Assembly: GCA_036172245.1 (NCBI GenBank) | Contig: JAYWIR010000052.1 | Span: forward strand, 930,001-994,000 | From: Raillietiella orientalis | Lineage: Eukaryota | Length of the DNA stretch: 64,000 nucleotides | Direction: 5' to 3' | Shown here: positions 52,021 to 64,000 of the stretch, piece by piece | How the letters are laid out: each line of letters opens with the position of its first letter | How positions within the stretch are numbered: position 1 is the first letter of the stretch | Program-made: the position numbers and the translations under genes | Notes under the pieces: model-generated | Told to the model about the DNA's origin: nothing | Seen by the model: only the letters and a program-made list of their open reading frames with translations | Database searches by the model: none

Positions 52021-54934
52021 AGTCCATCCCGGTCAGCGGGAGGTCCCGGCGTGCCGTCGAGTACACCAACCTCTGGCAAGAAGGGACAGCTGAATCCAGC
52101 AAGACCTTCACCCCCTTTCCTCCCTATCCTCAAGATCCACTCAATCGGAACGTTTCCCGTCTCAACGGGCGCGATGGATGCCTGGGACAAGTGGTAATCG
52201 CTTCTGATCCGGGATGATTAGCAGCGGGGGTTACTACAGACCCCGGCCGTCTAGGAAGCAAGGAAGCCGGGGATTTTCCCCTCCACAGTCCGCGAGACGG
52301 GTGTGCTCCGAAAGCACGTGGAAAACAAGCTGCTGGACCCGGAAGCTGCTCGAACGCGCTAGGGTGGATTTTTCAGACGCAAACACCGCGGGGGATCAGG
52401 TGAGGTGTTTGCTGTTTGCTGATCTTTCCGAAGAAGCGATGCCGCGAGCTCCGTCCCAGGCAAATACGCCGTCGCCGTCTATTTTTGTTTTTAGAGACTT
52501 TCCATCGGAAAGAAAGAAAGAAAGGAAAAACTTCTTTGCGATGCAGCGGAGCACTGGAAGAAGGAGAAGATTCCAACCGCGTGTTTGTTCTTGCCAAGGT
52601 GGCGCGTGACGAGATCCAGGATGGCGACATCCATCCAATCCCGCAGGCAGGCGACAGCGAATCCGAAGGAAGACCGGGAGTGAGGGAGGAAGGGGTGGGT
52701 GGGGTCAGCGCGTGCAACGTGCGTGCGTGCGAAAGGGGCGCCACCAATTCACCAAACGGAAGATGGGTCCAGTCCGGGCCACGGCTCTCTCGTGGAACCA
52801 ACCCGTTTCACCCGCTGCGTTGCCGGAGGGAAGAAGAAGGCGTCCTGCGCGTTTGCGCTATCCGTGCGCATCTCTCGTGGCTTCCTCTCACCGCCATCCC
52901 CGAGGACCGAAAGGGGTACCTCGCACGCATCGTTCTCGGACACGTGACACCCGGGACTTCCTGCTGCGTCCAACGACGGCCGAGGGAGACGCGCGCGCGC
53001 CCGCGAACTTTCGGAGGCATTTCGGAGAAACCGGCTCGCCCCCTCCCCCCGGACGAGACCGGGAGCTTCCGGGAACTCTTCGTGTTCCCGGAGCGGATGA
53101 CGCAAACTCTCGGCTTCGGCTATGCCGGTCACGCGCGCAAGTTGATTGGTCCAGCTCCCTTAAACTCAAAAATAATTCCGAATCGTCGCTGCGAACTTGG
53201 AAAAGGCAGCGGTTCGTTTGCTTGGCGACGTCCCCAGAAGGGGGGGGGGAGGGAAGGAGCGAAAGTTGCGACCGAGCGTGCGGAAAAGGCGGCAGGCGCT
53301 TGAAGTCTGGGGGGTCAGGAGAAAGTGCATGGTCCCTCCTCGCCCCCCGGGGATCGGGGTGATCGCCTCGGTGAGAGAGTTTCGAGAAGGGACTGCACCA
53401 AAAAAACGCATCGCGGATTCTTTCCGGGAAAGTTCTGGTGACATCCCAGGGAAGAGGAACCAAATGAGGAGGACCGGAGCTGTGCCATGGCAGTCTCGAA
53501 CGTCTCGTCTCGGCCGTCACGCCTGCAGTCTTTCGCACCAACGTGCACGCGGCTCTCCCCCCTTCCAGATCGATCCTGCCTTTAAGCCCGAGGGATTGGG
53601 CAGGTGATCTACTCGAGCTTCGAATCCAGGAAGCAAATAGCTTGGCCAAGTCAGATCCTCTCTCTCTTTCGCCCATGTGACGAAGATGCGGAGCATCGAG
53701 CGACTCAGGGCTGCCAACACGCGATTCGACGGGGGAGGGGAGAGGGGGGGGGGGAACCGTTCGAGAAATTCCGCTCTATCCCTCCACAGCACGTGTTCCG
53801 CCTAGCTGTGCGCGTGCGCGCCGACCGACCGCGCCCAGCCTCGTCCGCCTCCTGGCACAGATCTCGTGACGCCATGGGAACGCCCTCCACTCCCTCCGCA
53901 CAATCTCGAGCAACCTCGGCCAGCAACGACGAAGCCGGGAAGAGTTAATGATCAGGAGGAAGCTGCGGAGAATGCCTCGCATCTCTTCATGCAATCTGGA
54001 ATCCCTTGAAGAGCGTGGTGAAGGTCCCAATCCCCCACTCTCTCGAAGATCTGGTGGTCGCACGTTCCGACAGAAAGAGCATTCGGAGATGCTGAGCACA
54101 AAACCGCGACAGCAGCCATCTGCACAGCCACCTTCTTCAGGCACTCTTTTTTTTTGTTTGTTTTCCTTTTCACGTTACACGATTGCCTCCCAACTTTGCC
54201 GGTCTGGTTATTCATAACAGGCGCATCAGGAGGTACTGCGTTATCTCAGGAGGTGGTGCATTCACCCGGGAAGCTGCACATTGTCTCGTGTGGCCAGAAC
54301 GCCACCTACCTCGGGAAAGAGGACGCTGCTGCCACTGGAGGTGGCGCGCTGGCGAGGGGTCTCGCGCACTGATGCGGTTCGTTTGCAGCATCCGCGCGAC
54401 CCGCGCGTCCATCTTTTCCTCTGCTTCCCCGCCGACGGCCCCCTAGTCCGAAGTAACGGGCTCGCAAGCTCCGCCGTCCGGAGGACGTGACTTCATCCCC
54501 GGATGCTCCAATGCAGCTAACGAAATTCCCGAGTTTGCGAGGAGGGCGCACGCGCACCTCCTACCGGGAACAGGAGGAAAAACTTTGTTGGAAAAATAGA
54601 TGCAATCGCGGAAGGAGGCGTGTGCGTGTGCGTGCGTGCGTGTGGGAAAGTTGCTCCAGAAGTTGTCCCGGGCGACCTGTTTGCGAAGGGGGAGAGGGAG
54701 AAGAAAAAAAAGAAATTTGGGAAAGTTTCTCCGCTTGTGCGTGAGCGCGATCCAGCCTCTCCCGGGCACAAGCTTCGAGGGAATTCCGCGAGAGACCGCG
54801 AACACTCGGGAAGCCTCCGCGCCGCGTCCCTTCGCAAGGATTGGCGCGAAAGACGTGCCGACGTTTGGGGGGAGGGGGGGAGGGGACTCGCGAGATCCTC
54901 TCCGCCGTCGCCGTCCGCCTTCCCATCCCGTGGC

Positions 54935-55350
54935 TTTTGCCCGGTGACGCCGGGACATTTATTTTAAAAAATAAACCACATGTCAGAGGGGAGCGGCGTC
55001 TCCTGAATACAAGAGGAGTCGAAATGAAAAGAAGTCCATTGAGGATGAGCACCGGCATGCAGGCCGACTTCTATAAAAGTAGGGAATGGAGGAAGGGGAC
55101 AGTAAATAGATAAAAAAAAAAAGAGGGTAAGGTAGGGACAAGGGGGGTCTTTGGTCTTTCTTCGTTCCTTTCTTTCTAAAAGCGGCTGTGTATGGTGGCG
55201 ATCTCTCTGATGACTTCTTCTGGCAGGTGAGGCTCCACCTCGTATACGTCTTCGTGAGGGCGACGGCTGCCATGCTGGTGGTCTCCTCCGCTCGCTGAGG
55301 ACGCGACTCCATCACGGACCGCGCTGTCGCTATGGTGTCGATGCAACAGA
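54935..55350 (-). mobile_element. Relic of the same family (copy E): 3'UTR plus hairpin adjoining an ORF1-like fragment
   Basis: Minus strand reads aataaa-tgt-cccgg-cgtca-ccggg (54963-54940), preceded by a T-rich tract. Upstream peptide VYEVEPHLPEEVIREI resembles L1/Tx1 ORF1. Confidence 0.55.
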
Positions 55351-56844
55351 AGGCTGTCGCAGCTCCCGTCTTCAGCCCGCCTGGAGTGAAAAAGCGCCAC
55401 GGTAAGCCCAAAGGGGTGGCTGCTGGGTGGCAGAGCGCCAAAGCGAGTCGCACCGTTATGTGTCCGCGGAGGGCACTGAAGTCCAGCAGGAAGGTGGAAG
55501 CAACTCCACTGCCCCGCACACGGGACGGTTCGGGGAGGCAGCTCTCCCGAAAACCTGGTTTCCACGGCGACCCCCATTGCAGGAGCAGCAGGACATCCTG
55601 AACATTTCCAACGGAGCGGGAACACGGAGGTGTCCGCACACACAGGGGGGAAGGGGCTGCGAGTTCTTCGAGGGGGGCACACCAAGCAGGTCGCTCCACC
55701 GAAGGAGCCCTTCTTCGCCCGGAGACGAGGAGTGGACGCCGTTTACCAACGCGCCTCCCGTCTTGCAGATGTCCGGGAGTCCCTCGACTCCTGCGATGGT
55801 GCAGGGCAATCCCGTCCTGCCGATCGGCTGCTGCCGTTTGCCCAGAGGGCAGACAGTTGTCCTGCGGCAAGGAAAGTGGCGTCCACCCGGGACCATTGCG
55901 CCCTCTCCGCACCGAGGCGAGCGCTCAAAGGGCCGTCGGGCCTCTCCGCTGTGGACTGCCGCAGCGGGTGTTTCCGGGAGCATCGCAGGGCGGCGGCGAC
56001 GGATCTTTTGAGGTGGCATGGCGAAGCAGGCAGGTCCGGCCGAACGCACCCTCAAAGCTTCCTCCCCCCTCCCCCCCCCTTTCCCAGTGGCCACAACTCT
56101 GCTTCTTCCGACAAATCCTCTTGGAGTTCGCTCAGCAGGGAGGGGTCGCAGAGAGGTTGGCCTCCGGGTGTGCGAGGCTCAAGGCGCCTCTGGCAGAGAG
56201 GTCTTTCCTTTTCAGAGGACTTACCTGCGGGCCTCTCCGCGACCACCCTGCTCCAGAAAGCCTTCAGAGACCTCCTGCGACACGTCAGCAGTGGCCTCAT
56301 GGAAGACAGCAGGGAAGAGAGAGGAAGGGAGGGGAGGAGAGGTTGCAGACTTCTTGCTGGGAGGAACGAAGGACACACCCCTTCTCCCTGCCTGCCTCGG
56401 GACGAGAATCTCCTGCATCCAGCGCGGGTGCTCTCTCCAGGAGGAACGCGAGAAGATCCAAACAAATTAAGCCTTCTTTCCCCTCTGCGCGCATCCAGCA
56501 CGTTGCATACATTTTTTCGCTCGGTGATCCCTCCCTCCCCAGCCCTTTTCCGCGGGCGCACGATTTGGTTGAGGGCAGAGTTCCCCCCTGTCCCGGAACT
56601 CCGTAAGGAGGGAACTTTCCATCAGCGTGTTTGCTTGCACACCTCTGGCTTGTTAGATTTCATGCAAACACAGGTCCCGGCGTTGCTGGGCAACAGCCGC
56701 AGAGGTCTCGGGACTCTGGTTGAGTGGAGGGGAAGCCGAGGGTGCAGGAATAGCGGAAAACACTGCGCCCATCGGCTCCTTCTCCTATTCCCTCCAGAGC
56801 ATCTGGCGGGAAGATCTGCGCGGGCGTCCGGAGTGATCCCTAAG

Positions 56845-57640
56845 TTCTCACCCGGGTACGCCGGGGCGTTTATTTCATACAAAAATAAACAATCTCTGTG
56901 GCTGGACCCGTGGTCCAACCTCGTGCATTCCAACGGGAGCCTGCAGGGTTACCGGTTCGCGGACCGGTAAGGTCCACCGCGGTTGCAGAAGGGGGAGGAG
57001 ATAAACAGAAAAGAAAAGGAACGGAAATAAAAATAAATAAATAAATTTGGGGAAGGGGAGGGGTATGTGGGAAAGGATCACGCCCTGCCGGGGCGGTCCT
57101 CTGCATCCTTTGGAGGATGTCGGTAAGCTCTTGCTGCATGCTGTTCCTTCAGGTGGAATCATCTTGTTGCCATCCTCATAAAGCGGACGGCAAAGTGGAT
57201 GTGGCATCCCTGGCGCTCGGTCCTCTTCTCTCATCACTCCAGGCAGCGACGATCTCGCGTAGGCAGCAGGGAGCTGCTAGCGAGGCTGCTAGCCGAAGGG
57301 CATCACCTAGGAGGAGGAGGGGTCGTAAAGCGTCCCTGGGGCTGCCGCCGGGGGTTCCTAGGATGGCGGCGAAGAGTTCCTGGATGGGCCGGAGGGCAAC
57401 ACAATCCACAAGCAAGTGCGGGAGGGGTTCCCGGTCCCCTAACCTGGCGCAGTTCTGGTCCACACCCCTGCGTGTCCAGTGATGCCTGCGGGGTTGCACG
57501 GGAGATCCCAGTGCAGCAGCAGCAGCGCGGACTCTTGCTACTTCAAGGGGAGGGTGTGCATGTCCGGGGTCACTGCAGGTCTTCCTCCGGAATATCCGGC
57601 AGCTCGCCCCAGGGCAAAGTTTCTCAGGGTGGAACACCCG
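56845..57640 (-). mobile_element. 3' relic of the same family (copy B), inverted relative to copy A
   Basis: HWTRRGVDQNCARLGDREPLPHLLVDCVALRPIQ is clearly homologous to copy A. Ends aataaa-cgc-cccgg-cgtac-ccgggtgagaa. Confidence 0.8.
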
Positions 57641-58439
57641 GGATCGCAGCGTCTCTGAGCCGGCCCGTCTTCCGCTCTCCCAGTCCTCTTCTCCTTCCCG
57701 AGAGCAGTCTCTAAGGGTGAAGATGGGGAATTGTCACGCGGCGAAGCATCTTCGGCGTGAGCATTGGTCGCTCGCATCGCGCGCTAGCAGAGGGCGCGAC
57801 CTTCTCATCTGTCTCCTCCGCGATCCATTCGGTCTCTTTCCCTGTCTCTCCCGATGGGGACAAGCTGACGCCATCGCGGTCGGTCCGTGGCGAAGTTTGC
57901 GAAGCGCCACCCGATCCCAGGGCGCGCGCCTTTGCCTTCCGCCTCGGGCGATCGGGCAGCGTCGCGTACCGGCACGCGCTGCGCGTCCGGAAGAGAACTC
58001 CTCGATGTTTGGGGGCTCCTGTTTCATTCACGTCGAGTGCCGTCCGACGTGCGTGAGGCAGCTCTGAACACGTGGTCCAGCTCGGATGCGGCTGCTTACA
58101 GGTGTCATGGAACCCGGAAGCCTCCGGCCAAAAGGGCCCTTCGGCAGTCGGCCTGTCCCCGGAAAGGATTACACGGGATCCGGAGCGCCGGGGAAGAGGA
58201 CGCGTGTGATCGTGCTGCACGTCCTCTCTACCCTACGAACCGTGGGGCGAGACCCTGGAGGAGGAGGCGAAGGAAACTCTCGAGCTCCTCCAGAGCGTAC
58301 CACGGAGCAGGGCTTTCAGGGTCGGGGTACGTGGGATCCGGCAAACCCAAACCACAACACGAGAGAAGAAGGGAGCTCAACATTCCTCGAAGGCGGAGGC
58401 GAGGGGCGTCTGCTAGGTGTGTGTCGGTGCGGGACCACA

Positions 58440-59235
58440 ACATGCAGGGACCGAAGGTATCTCAGAAGCGATTCGACCACCCAAAGAGAGAAAATGGCCT
58501 TCGACGGCGGCATCCGGAACTCTCTGCCTTCATCTGACCTGAGAACCGGACCCGAGTCACGGTAAACGCCGAAGGGGCCGTCCGAGAAGACTGTCAAGGC
58601 TGTGTAGCGTTCTCCTACCCTCCAGGCGTTGTTATGTGCTCCTCTCATCTTGGCACAGAAGCACAAGCTGGGTCACGGGGAGAAGTCGGAGCCACCGTTG
58701 GTCGAACCTCGTCAAAAGAGGATGAAGAGGTCGGATAAATTGACGAGGAGGTAGACCTCACCCTCTCGGCAAGCAACGTTCTGAAGCGCTTCTTCCTGAG
58801 CGACAAACTCACGTCGGCCGCACCCCTAGCAGCGCCTTGCTGCCTACAAGGCGGGACCATGGCTGCGTGAAGCAACGCCAGGGGAGGCCGGGACGACAGG
58901 GACACCATCCATTTGGCAGTCCTCTTCCTGAAGACAGAGTCAAGATGGCTTTATCTGGGAATGATAAAACAGGATAAATCTGCCAGTATCCTCGAAAGGA
59001 TCCAGAGGACGCTCTCCAGCACCCGGCGATCCCTTCCCGAACCCTCCTCACTTTTGTGTGTTTTTGTTTTATCTTCTCTCCCTCTTCCCTGCTGCCGAGG
59101 CGAACCTGGCAGGCCTGCGTCCCGGTCCTCGGCAGATTCCCGTGGTTACATTTGTAACGTGGCAGACCAAGCGTCCTGCCACCGACTTGTATGTTTATTT
59201 TATATAGATAAACATCCCGGAGCAACTGGGTGTCA
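58440..59235 (+). mobile_element. 3' relic of the same family (copy C); left boundary uncertain
   Basis: LAAPCCL and DRDTIHLAVLFLK match copies B and A. T-rich UTR. Ends gataaa-cat-cccgg-agcaa-ctggg. Confidence 0.7.
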
Positions 59236-62200
59236 ACTCCCAGCAAGCGAGTGAAATCACGAGCGTCCCTGGTTCTTGCTGCAGTCCGCCGTCGGTCCAA
59301 CGCACCCGTCCTTGCTTCCTCTTCACGCTGCGAGAACGGCTGCCCGCAGTTGGACTGCTGCGCAGCTTGGACGATGCATTCAACAAGGAATGCGCCGCGG
59401 CAGATTCGAGGGTCGGAGGAAGTCGGGACTTTGCGACGGGACAGCGAGCACTCGCAGCGTTCGGGTTTTCCCGGCGCGCAACGGAGGTCTTCGCCTCTTC
59501 GTCCCTGCTTCGAGGGCAGATCCCCCGGCTGGATCGGGGCGCATTCCCTCTTCGAGGAAGGGCGAGGGAGAGGGAGGATGCCATTTGCGAAACAAGGGTC
59601 TGTCACGCAGACGCACGCCGAACGGCGTCCAGCCTGGGAGACGTCGCGTCGCCTCCGTGCACGTGTCTGCGCATGCGTGCTCACCTGGGATGGATTCTTT
59701 TCCGAATGAGACGGCTCATTCGCGGAAGGAGCAGCTCGAGGGTATGCATGGTGGAAAAGGGGGGTCCGGGGGGCTACTACTACTGGGTGCTGCATTGTGC
59801 TCCTGGGTGCCGTTTCCGCCCGACGTCGGTCCCCTTCGGAGCTGCCGGGCTTCTCCGAACTCTTCGTTTTTTTTGTCCTGTTCCTTCCCGTTGCCACAGT
59901 GGAGCTATTCTCGCCCCGTCCCCGCGTGTGGAAGATCCGGCGCCCGCAGCACTTTGGATTCTTACGAAGGAGTCCAGGAAGAGTTCTTTGCAGCTCCGCT
60001 CTTGCGAAAGGTGAGGAAGATGCCGGTTCTCTGATTCGCGACCGAAGAAGCAGCTTCTTTCCCTCTGCTTCACCTCTAATGCGAGGGAGGTCGACCTCTC
60101 CAGAAAACACCAGTTCGTTCCTCCAGGAGCAGTCTCGAGTTTCTCGCGTCTTTTGATGAGCGGTCCCGTTCCCAGGATCGGCTGCTCCCACTCCACCAAC
60201 GTGGCCATCGCCCCAAGTGGCGCACTCCTCGCACAGCAGTTGTTTGAGGAGAGTCTCAGGCCAGCAGCTACAGGCGGCTCGTCTCGGCAGGCAATAACAG
60301 CGGCGGTCTGCCCTTCCTGTGCCGAAGGCACACAAAAAAAAGGTTCCCTCTCAAGCACGAGTGGGAGGGACTCGTTCCTCCGCAACCTTCCTGGATTCAT
60401 AGGGAGCCCCCTCCCCGGGATGACCCCTCAACTTGATGACTAAACACGCACCCTTGGGCAGAGTGGACAGTGCAGGAGAGCGAGCCCCTAGGCGAACGGT
60501 TCCTGAGCACTTGACGAGCCAAAAAGAGGGGCAGGAGGAAAGAATCCACCGACCTCCTCCCTCAGGGTATCCCTATCCGATGCACTGCCGTGTTTCTTCC
60601 GCCGAATGTTCTTTCAGGGCCGTTCGCACGGCCGGTGTGACAGCCTGCAGCATCGTGTTCCGAGCCTGCCAGCGTTTATTTGTTTTTATTTTGCCCTTTT
60701 CCTTCTTTTCCTGGAGCATCGTCGGAGGAGACGGGAGAGAGAGGAAGGGCTGGGTCGCAAGGGGAAGGGGTGGGGTGGGAAGTGGAAGGCACTCGTCAGG
60801 AGGCGACGCGAGGCAGCAGTGGCGGAGGCGTTAGCCGCCGCTGAGAGAGTCCTCGTGCAGCTCCTCGCTGCTCCGGATGTCCTCCTGCAGCTCCCCGGCG
60901 CCGAGCATCAGCACGCCGCGCCTGGGCAGCCTTTATTCGCACTCAGGGCTGCGCGCGCCCGAACGGGTCAAGCCCTCGTCTGTGCCACGGCACACGCGGG
61001 GAGTGAGAGGACGCAAGAGTAGAGGAGGATGGCGGATTGCAAGCGGGAGGGAAATTCCATGAGCATTGGAGCTTTCCCGATGGGAGAGAGAGTTGCGTTG
61101 TCTTCCGATCGATTCATCATCTCATCTCATCTTTCCTGCAACGAATTCCTTTTTCCTCCTCATGCGACATCGGAATTTCGTCTTCCCCCCTTCGAGCTTT
61201 CGACTGTAGGTCTTTGGCAACCTACAGACGAGAGACCCCCAGCCTGCTACCACTGTGAAACGTGCATGGCTGTGAATTTCATCTCGCTCTACACGCTTCC
61301 AGAAAGGGGTGGTGACACCATTCTTCCACGACACTGATGCTTGATTCATCCTATCCCAGGGGAGGATCCAGCCTCCTTACGCATGCCTCCTTCTGGCGCG
61401 GGAGATCTCTCGTCCTACCAGAGGTGTGGACTCGCTCCCGCATCTCATCTTTCGAGGGACGGAGGGAGAGTTTTCGAGGATCCCAGGCGGCGCCCTTGCG
61501 CTCCCTCCCTTTCATCAGGGCTTGTGGCAGCGAAGTTCTTCCTCTTCCTTCGGAGCCCCCTGCGAGCGAGTTCGCGGCGCGCGGACCCCACCGTGATTTG
61601 CCATTACGCAATTAGCGTTTTTTTGTTTGCCGGGGTCCTGTGATTCCTCCCGCTCCTGCCGGATTCTGCGTCAGGCGAAGAAGGTCCACGATCGAATGCC
61701 GCTCGTTACGAGCTGCGGCTTCCAAAAGTTCCGCCTCGGCAGACGAAAGTCATCCATTTCCGGATCTCATCAACGGCTCCCGGAACGGAGCAGACGACCG
61801 AAACGCGGCAGACATTCCGGGAGTCCTGTTCCCGTCGCCTCTTCGAGGAGTCCTACGGGCGTTCGCGACGACGTTGCAACCAATTGCGGGTCGACTTCCG
61901 GCTCCGAACCACTCGCGATCTCGACCTCCGAGAATTGTCCAGAAGAACTTCACAACCGTTTTAGCGTGCCGTGCGTCTCTCCTCCTGGCAGCGAAAGGCT
62001 TGAGTGATCTCGTGGAGCCAACTTTGTGGACGTGCTAAAGAAAATCACAATCACGAACCCCTGCGCTTGCTTTCGCTAAGGATCAGTGGAGTACAAGGCC
62101 GAGCCATCCAGAGGTAATCGGGTGAACCTCATTACCGCCGCGGCTGCGCCACAACGCCACCAGGCCGAGCCGATCGGGCGTCCACCGATCATCCGCGTGC

Positions 62201-64000
62201 TTGAGGAATCTTCGAGATCCGTGAGGGTTTCACCTGGTTGCATGCCCTCTTCGAGCGACCACATGAAGAACCGAAGCACCCCCTCCACCTGGTGCTTGAG
62301 TTTTCGTCCGCCAGCGATGGCGCGCTCTTCACAAGATCAGGGAGGAAAGACTGTCGTTCACCATCACCCCACTGCATGGCTTTTTTTTTTTTTTCCTTTT
62401 TCGGAGGTCCACGAAAAGGTGCGGAAACCAGCGAGGACCGGAAGCCGTGAACGTGCACGAAGCCGTACGTCTTTCGCGGACGGTTCTTTTCCCACTGGCG
62501 GGCGAGGTCGAAACGGAAGCCGAGATCGGCTCCTGGAAGGGCGGCTGGATGCTTTGATTTGCTAAGCAATTCGTCGTGACAAAGGTGGAAACATCCGCTT
62601 CCCCTGCAGAAACTGCAACCGCCTGGGAACTGCCTGCGTCTCTTGTGTTTCCTTACAGGGAAAGAAAGAAAGAAAAGAAAAAGAGGATTTTGTTTGAAAC
62701 CTCCTCATCACCCGGGAGCGAAAAGAAAACGCGAGAAATGAAAAGTCTTCGTGCCCCCTCATCCCAACTGGTTTCGGGAGATCTGATTTCCGAGAGTCAG
62801 GTAAATGAAATCCTAAATTGGAGGTCTTGGCTGAGCGGAGGGAATGGGGACGGAAGGACAAGGCACATTGCTGGGCGATATTCTGGAAGAAGTTTCCAGA
62901 AAATCTTTTTCATTCTTTCGTGGCTACAAGCGATTCCTTTCCTTTCCTTTCTTTTTTGGCCAGCAAGCGCACGGAAACGCAATTCGTTCGTGATGCTGCG
63001 TGATGCTACCAAAAAAATGCGGTTACGCGACCTCATGGAGATGCGATGTAAGATGCAGGAACCAATTATCTTATAGGCACACGGATTCGTTGCCCTGCAG
63101 CGTCTGATTAGAAAGAGCTACGGAGTGTGCTGTACCAATATGCCCTGCTATCCCTCAGCCACCCAATTATCAACATTCCATGCATCCTCCTTTTCAAATA
63201 ACACGCAAACCATATCAACCCTATCATCCCTCTTCCCCCATATCCCCAGGATAAACTACCCACGTCCCTATCACTACCCCTAACGTAATCATGGGACCCG
63301 CCTTATTACAGCCTGGCAATTCGAACTTCCCCTTGCCACTTTGCTCCATCTCCTCCAGGATGCACCGCTTCCACCTCCGCCTCCCTCCACCCCATCCCTC
63401 TTGGAATCCAACGTCTCGCAGCTCCCACCTCGCGTGCCTACGCATCCGTAGAGGAAGCGGCGCCGCGTCTTCGTTCACGGATTTCCCTTGATGGAGAAAG
63501 CGATGGAGCGTTTTAGCAAGAGGGCAGAATGCTTCCAATGGCACCGGATGGAACTCCAGTTTTGGAGTTCCCTTCGCTCTCCCCGCGGAGCGGACCAGAG
63601 GTCACAGTGTAGCGAGGGAAGGGGGGGGGGGGAACACGGAAACTGTGTGCAGCTGTGCTTCGCCCGCCAACGCTCCCCGAGCGCCTCTCCCGCACGACCG
63701 GGAGGAGGAAATGTTCGCTCGTAACCCGGGCGTTGCGACGGTCCGCCGCCTCGTACCCGGGCGACGCGGAGCCGCGCTCGCGGCGTGCCAGCGCCGGGCG
63801 TCGCGCCGGGTCGACCGTCGAACGGATCGGAAGCGCGCGCAGCTTCGAGCTCTCCCGTGGGAGCGGGCGGAGGGCTGCTCCTCTCCATGGAAGCGCCGGC
63901 GCTTCTGATAGCAGCCGGCGCGGGGGGAGGGGAGCGGTGAGAGTTCTGGAGGGCCACTGCTCCCCCGAGTGGTGGATTCGTCTGGTCGTCACGTCTCGCG

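Noticed and set aside
63130..63420. G-poor strand-skewed stretch, possible NUMT or LINE relic
   Set aside because: No recognisable mitochondrial or RT motif, so it cannot be assigned.
52400..64000. Many long ORFs (e.g. 58809-60335, 508 aa; 55630-56970, 446 aa)
   Set aside because: Arg/Pro/Gly/Ser-rich, overlapping in all frames and lacking domains. Expected by chance in GC-rich decayed TE DNA.
1..64000. CRISPR arrays, rRNA, tRNA, U2 snRNA or prokaryotic operons
   Set aside because: None recognised by eye. The sequence is spliceosomal-intron-containing animal DNA.

Overview
Eukaryotic (arthropod-like) genomic DNA. AT-rich, CpG-poor islands of compact genes with very short introns (about 36-52 nt) alternate with GC/CpG-rich stretches full of decayed retrotransposons. 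Genes recognised by manual splicing: last exon of a shaking-B-type innexin (+), RPA-interacting protein (+) and SWI5 (-) with stop codons 2 bp apart, TOM7 (+), sarcosine dehydrogenase (-), a torsin ending in HSEL (+), cardiolipin synthase (-) and a FAM174-like membrane protein (-). The main anomaly is at 31.4-40.3 kb. There, a near-full-length L1/Tx1-type element (gag knuckles, APE, RT, zinc finger; minus strand) and a near-full-length Utopia/NeSL-type element (C2H2 fingers, RT, restriction-like endonuclease; plus strand) sit head-to-head about 180 bp apart, with no U2 snRNA target visible. At 49.7-59.3 kb, five relics of another L1/Tx1-like family end in a polyA-signal-like hexamer, 3 nt, then a CCCGG-N5-CCGGG hairpin with conserved stem and variable loop, and no poly(A). 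All family assignments come from recalled motifs, not database searches.
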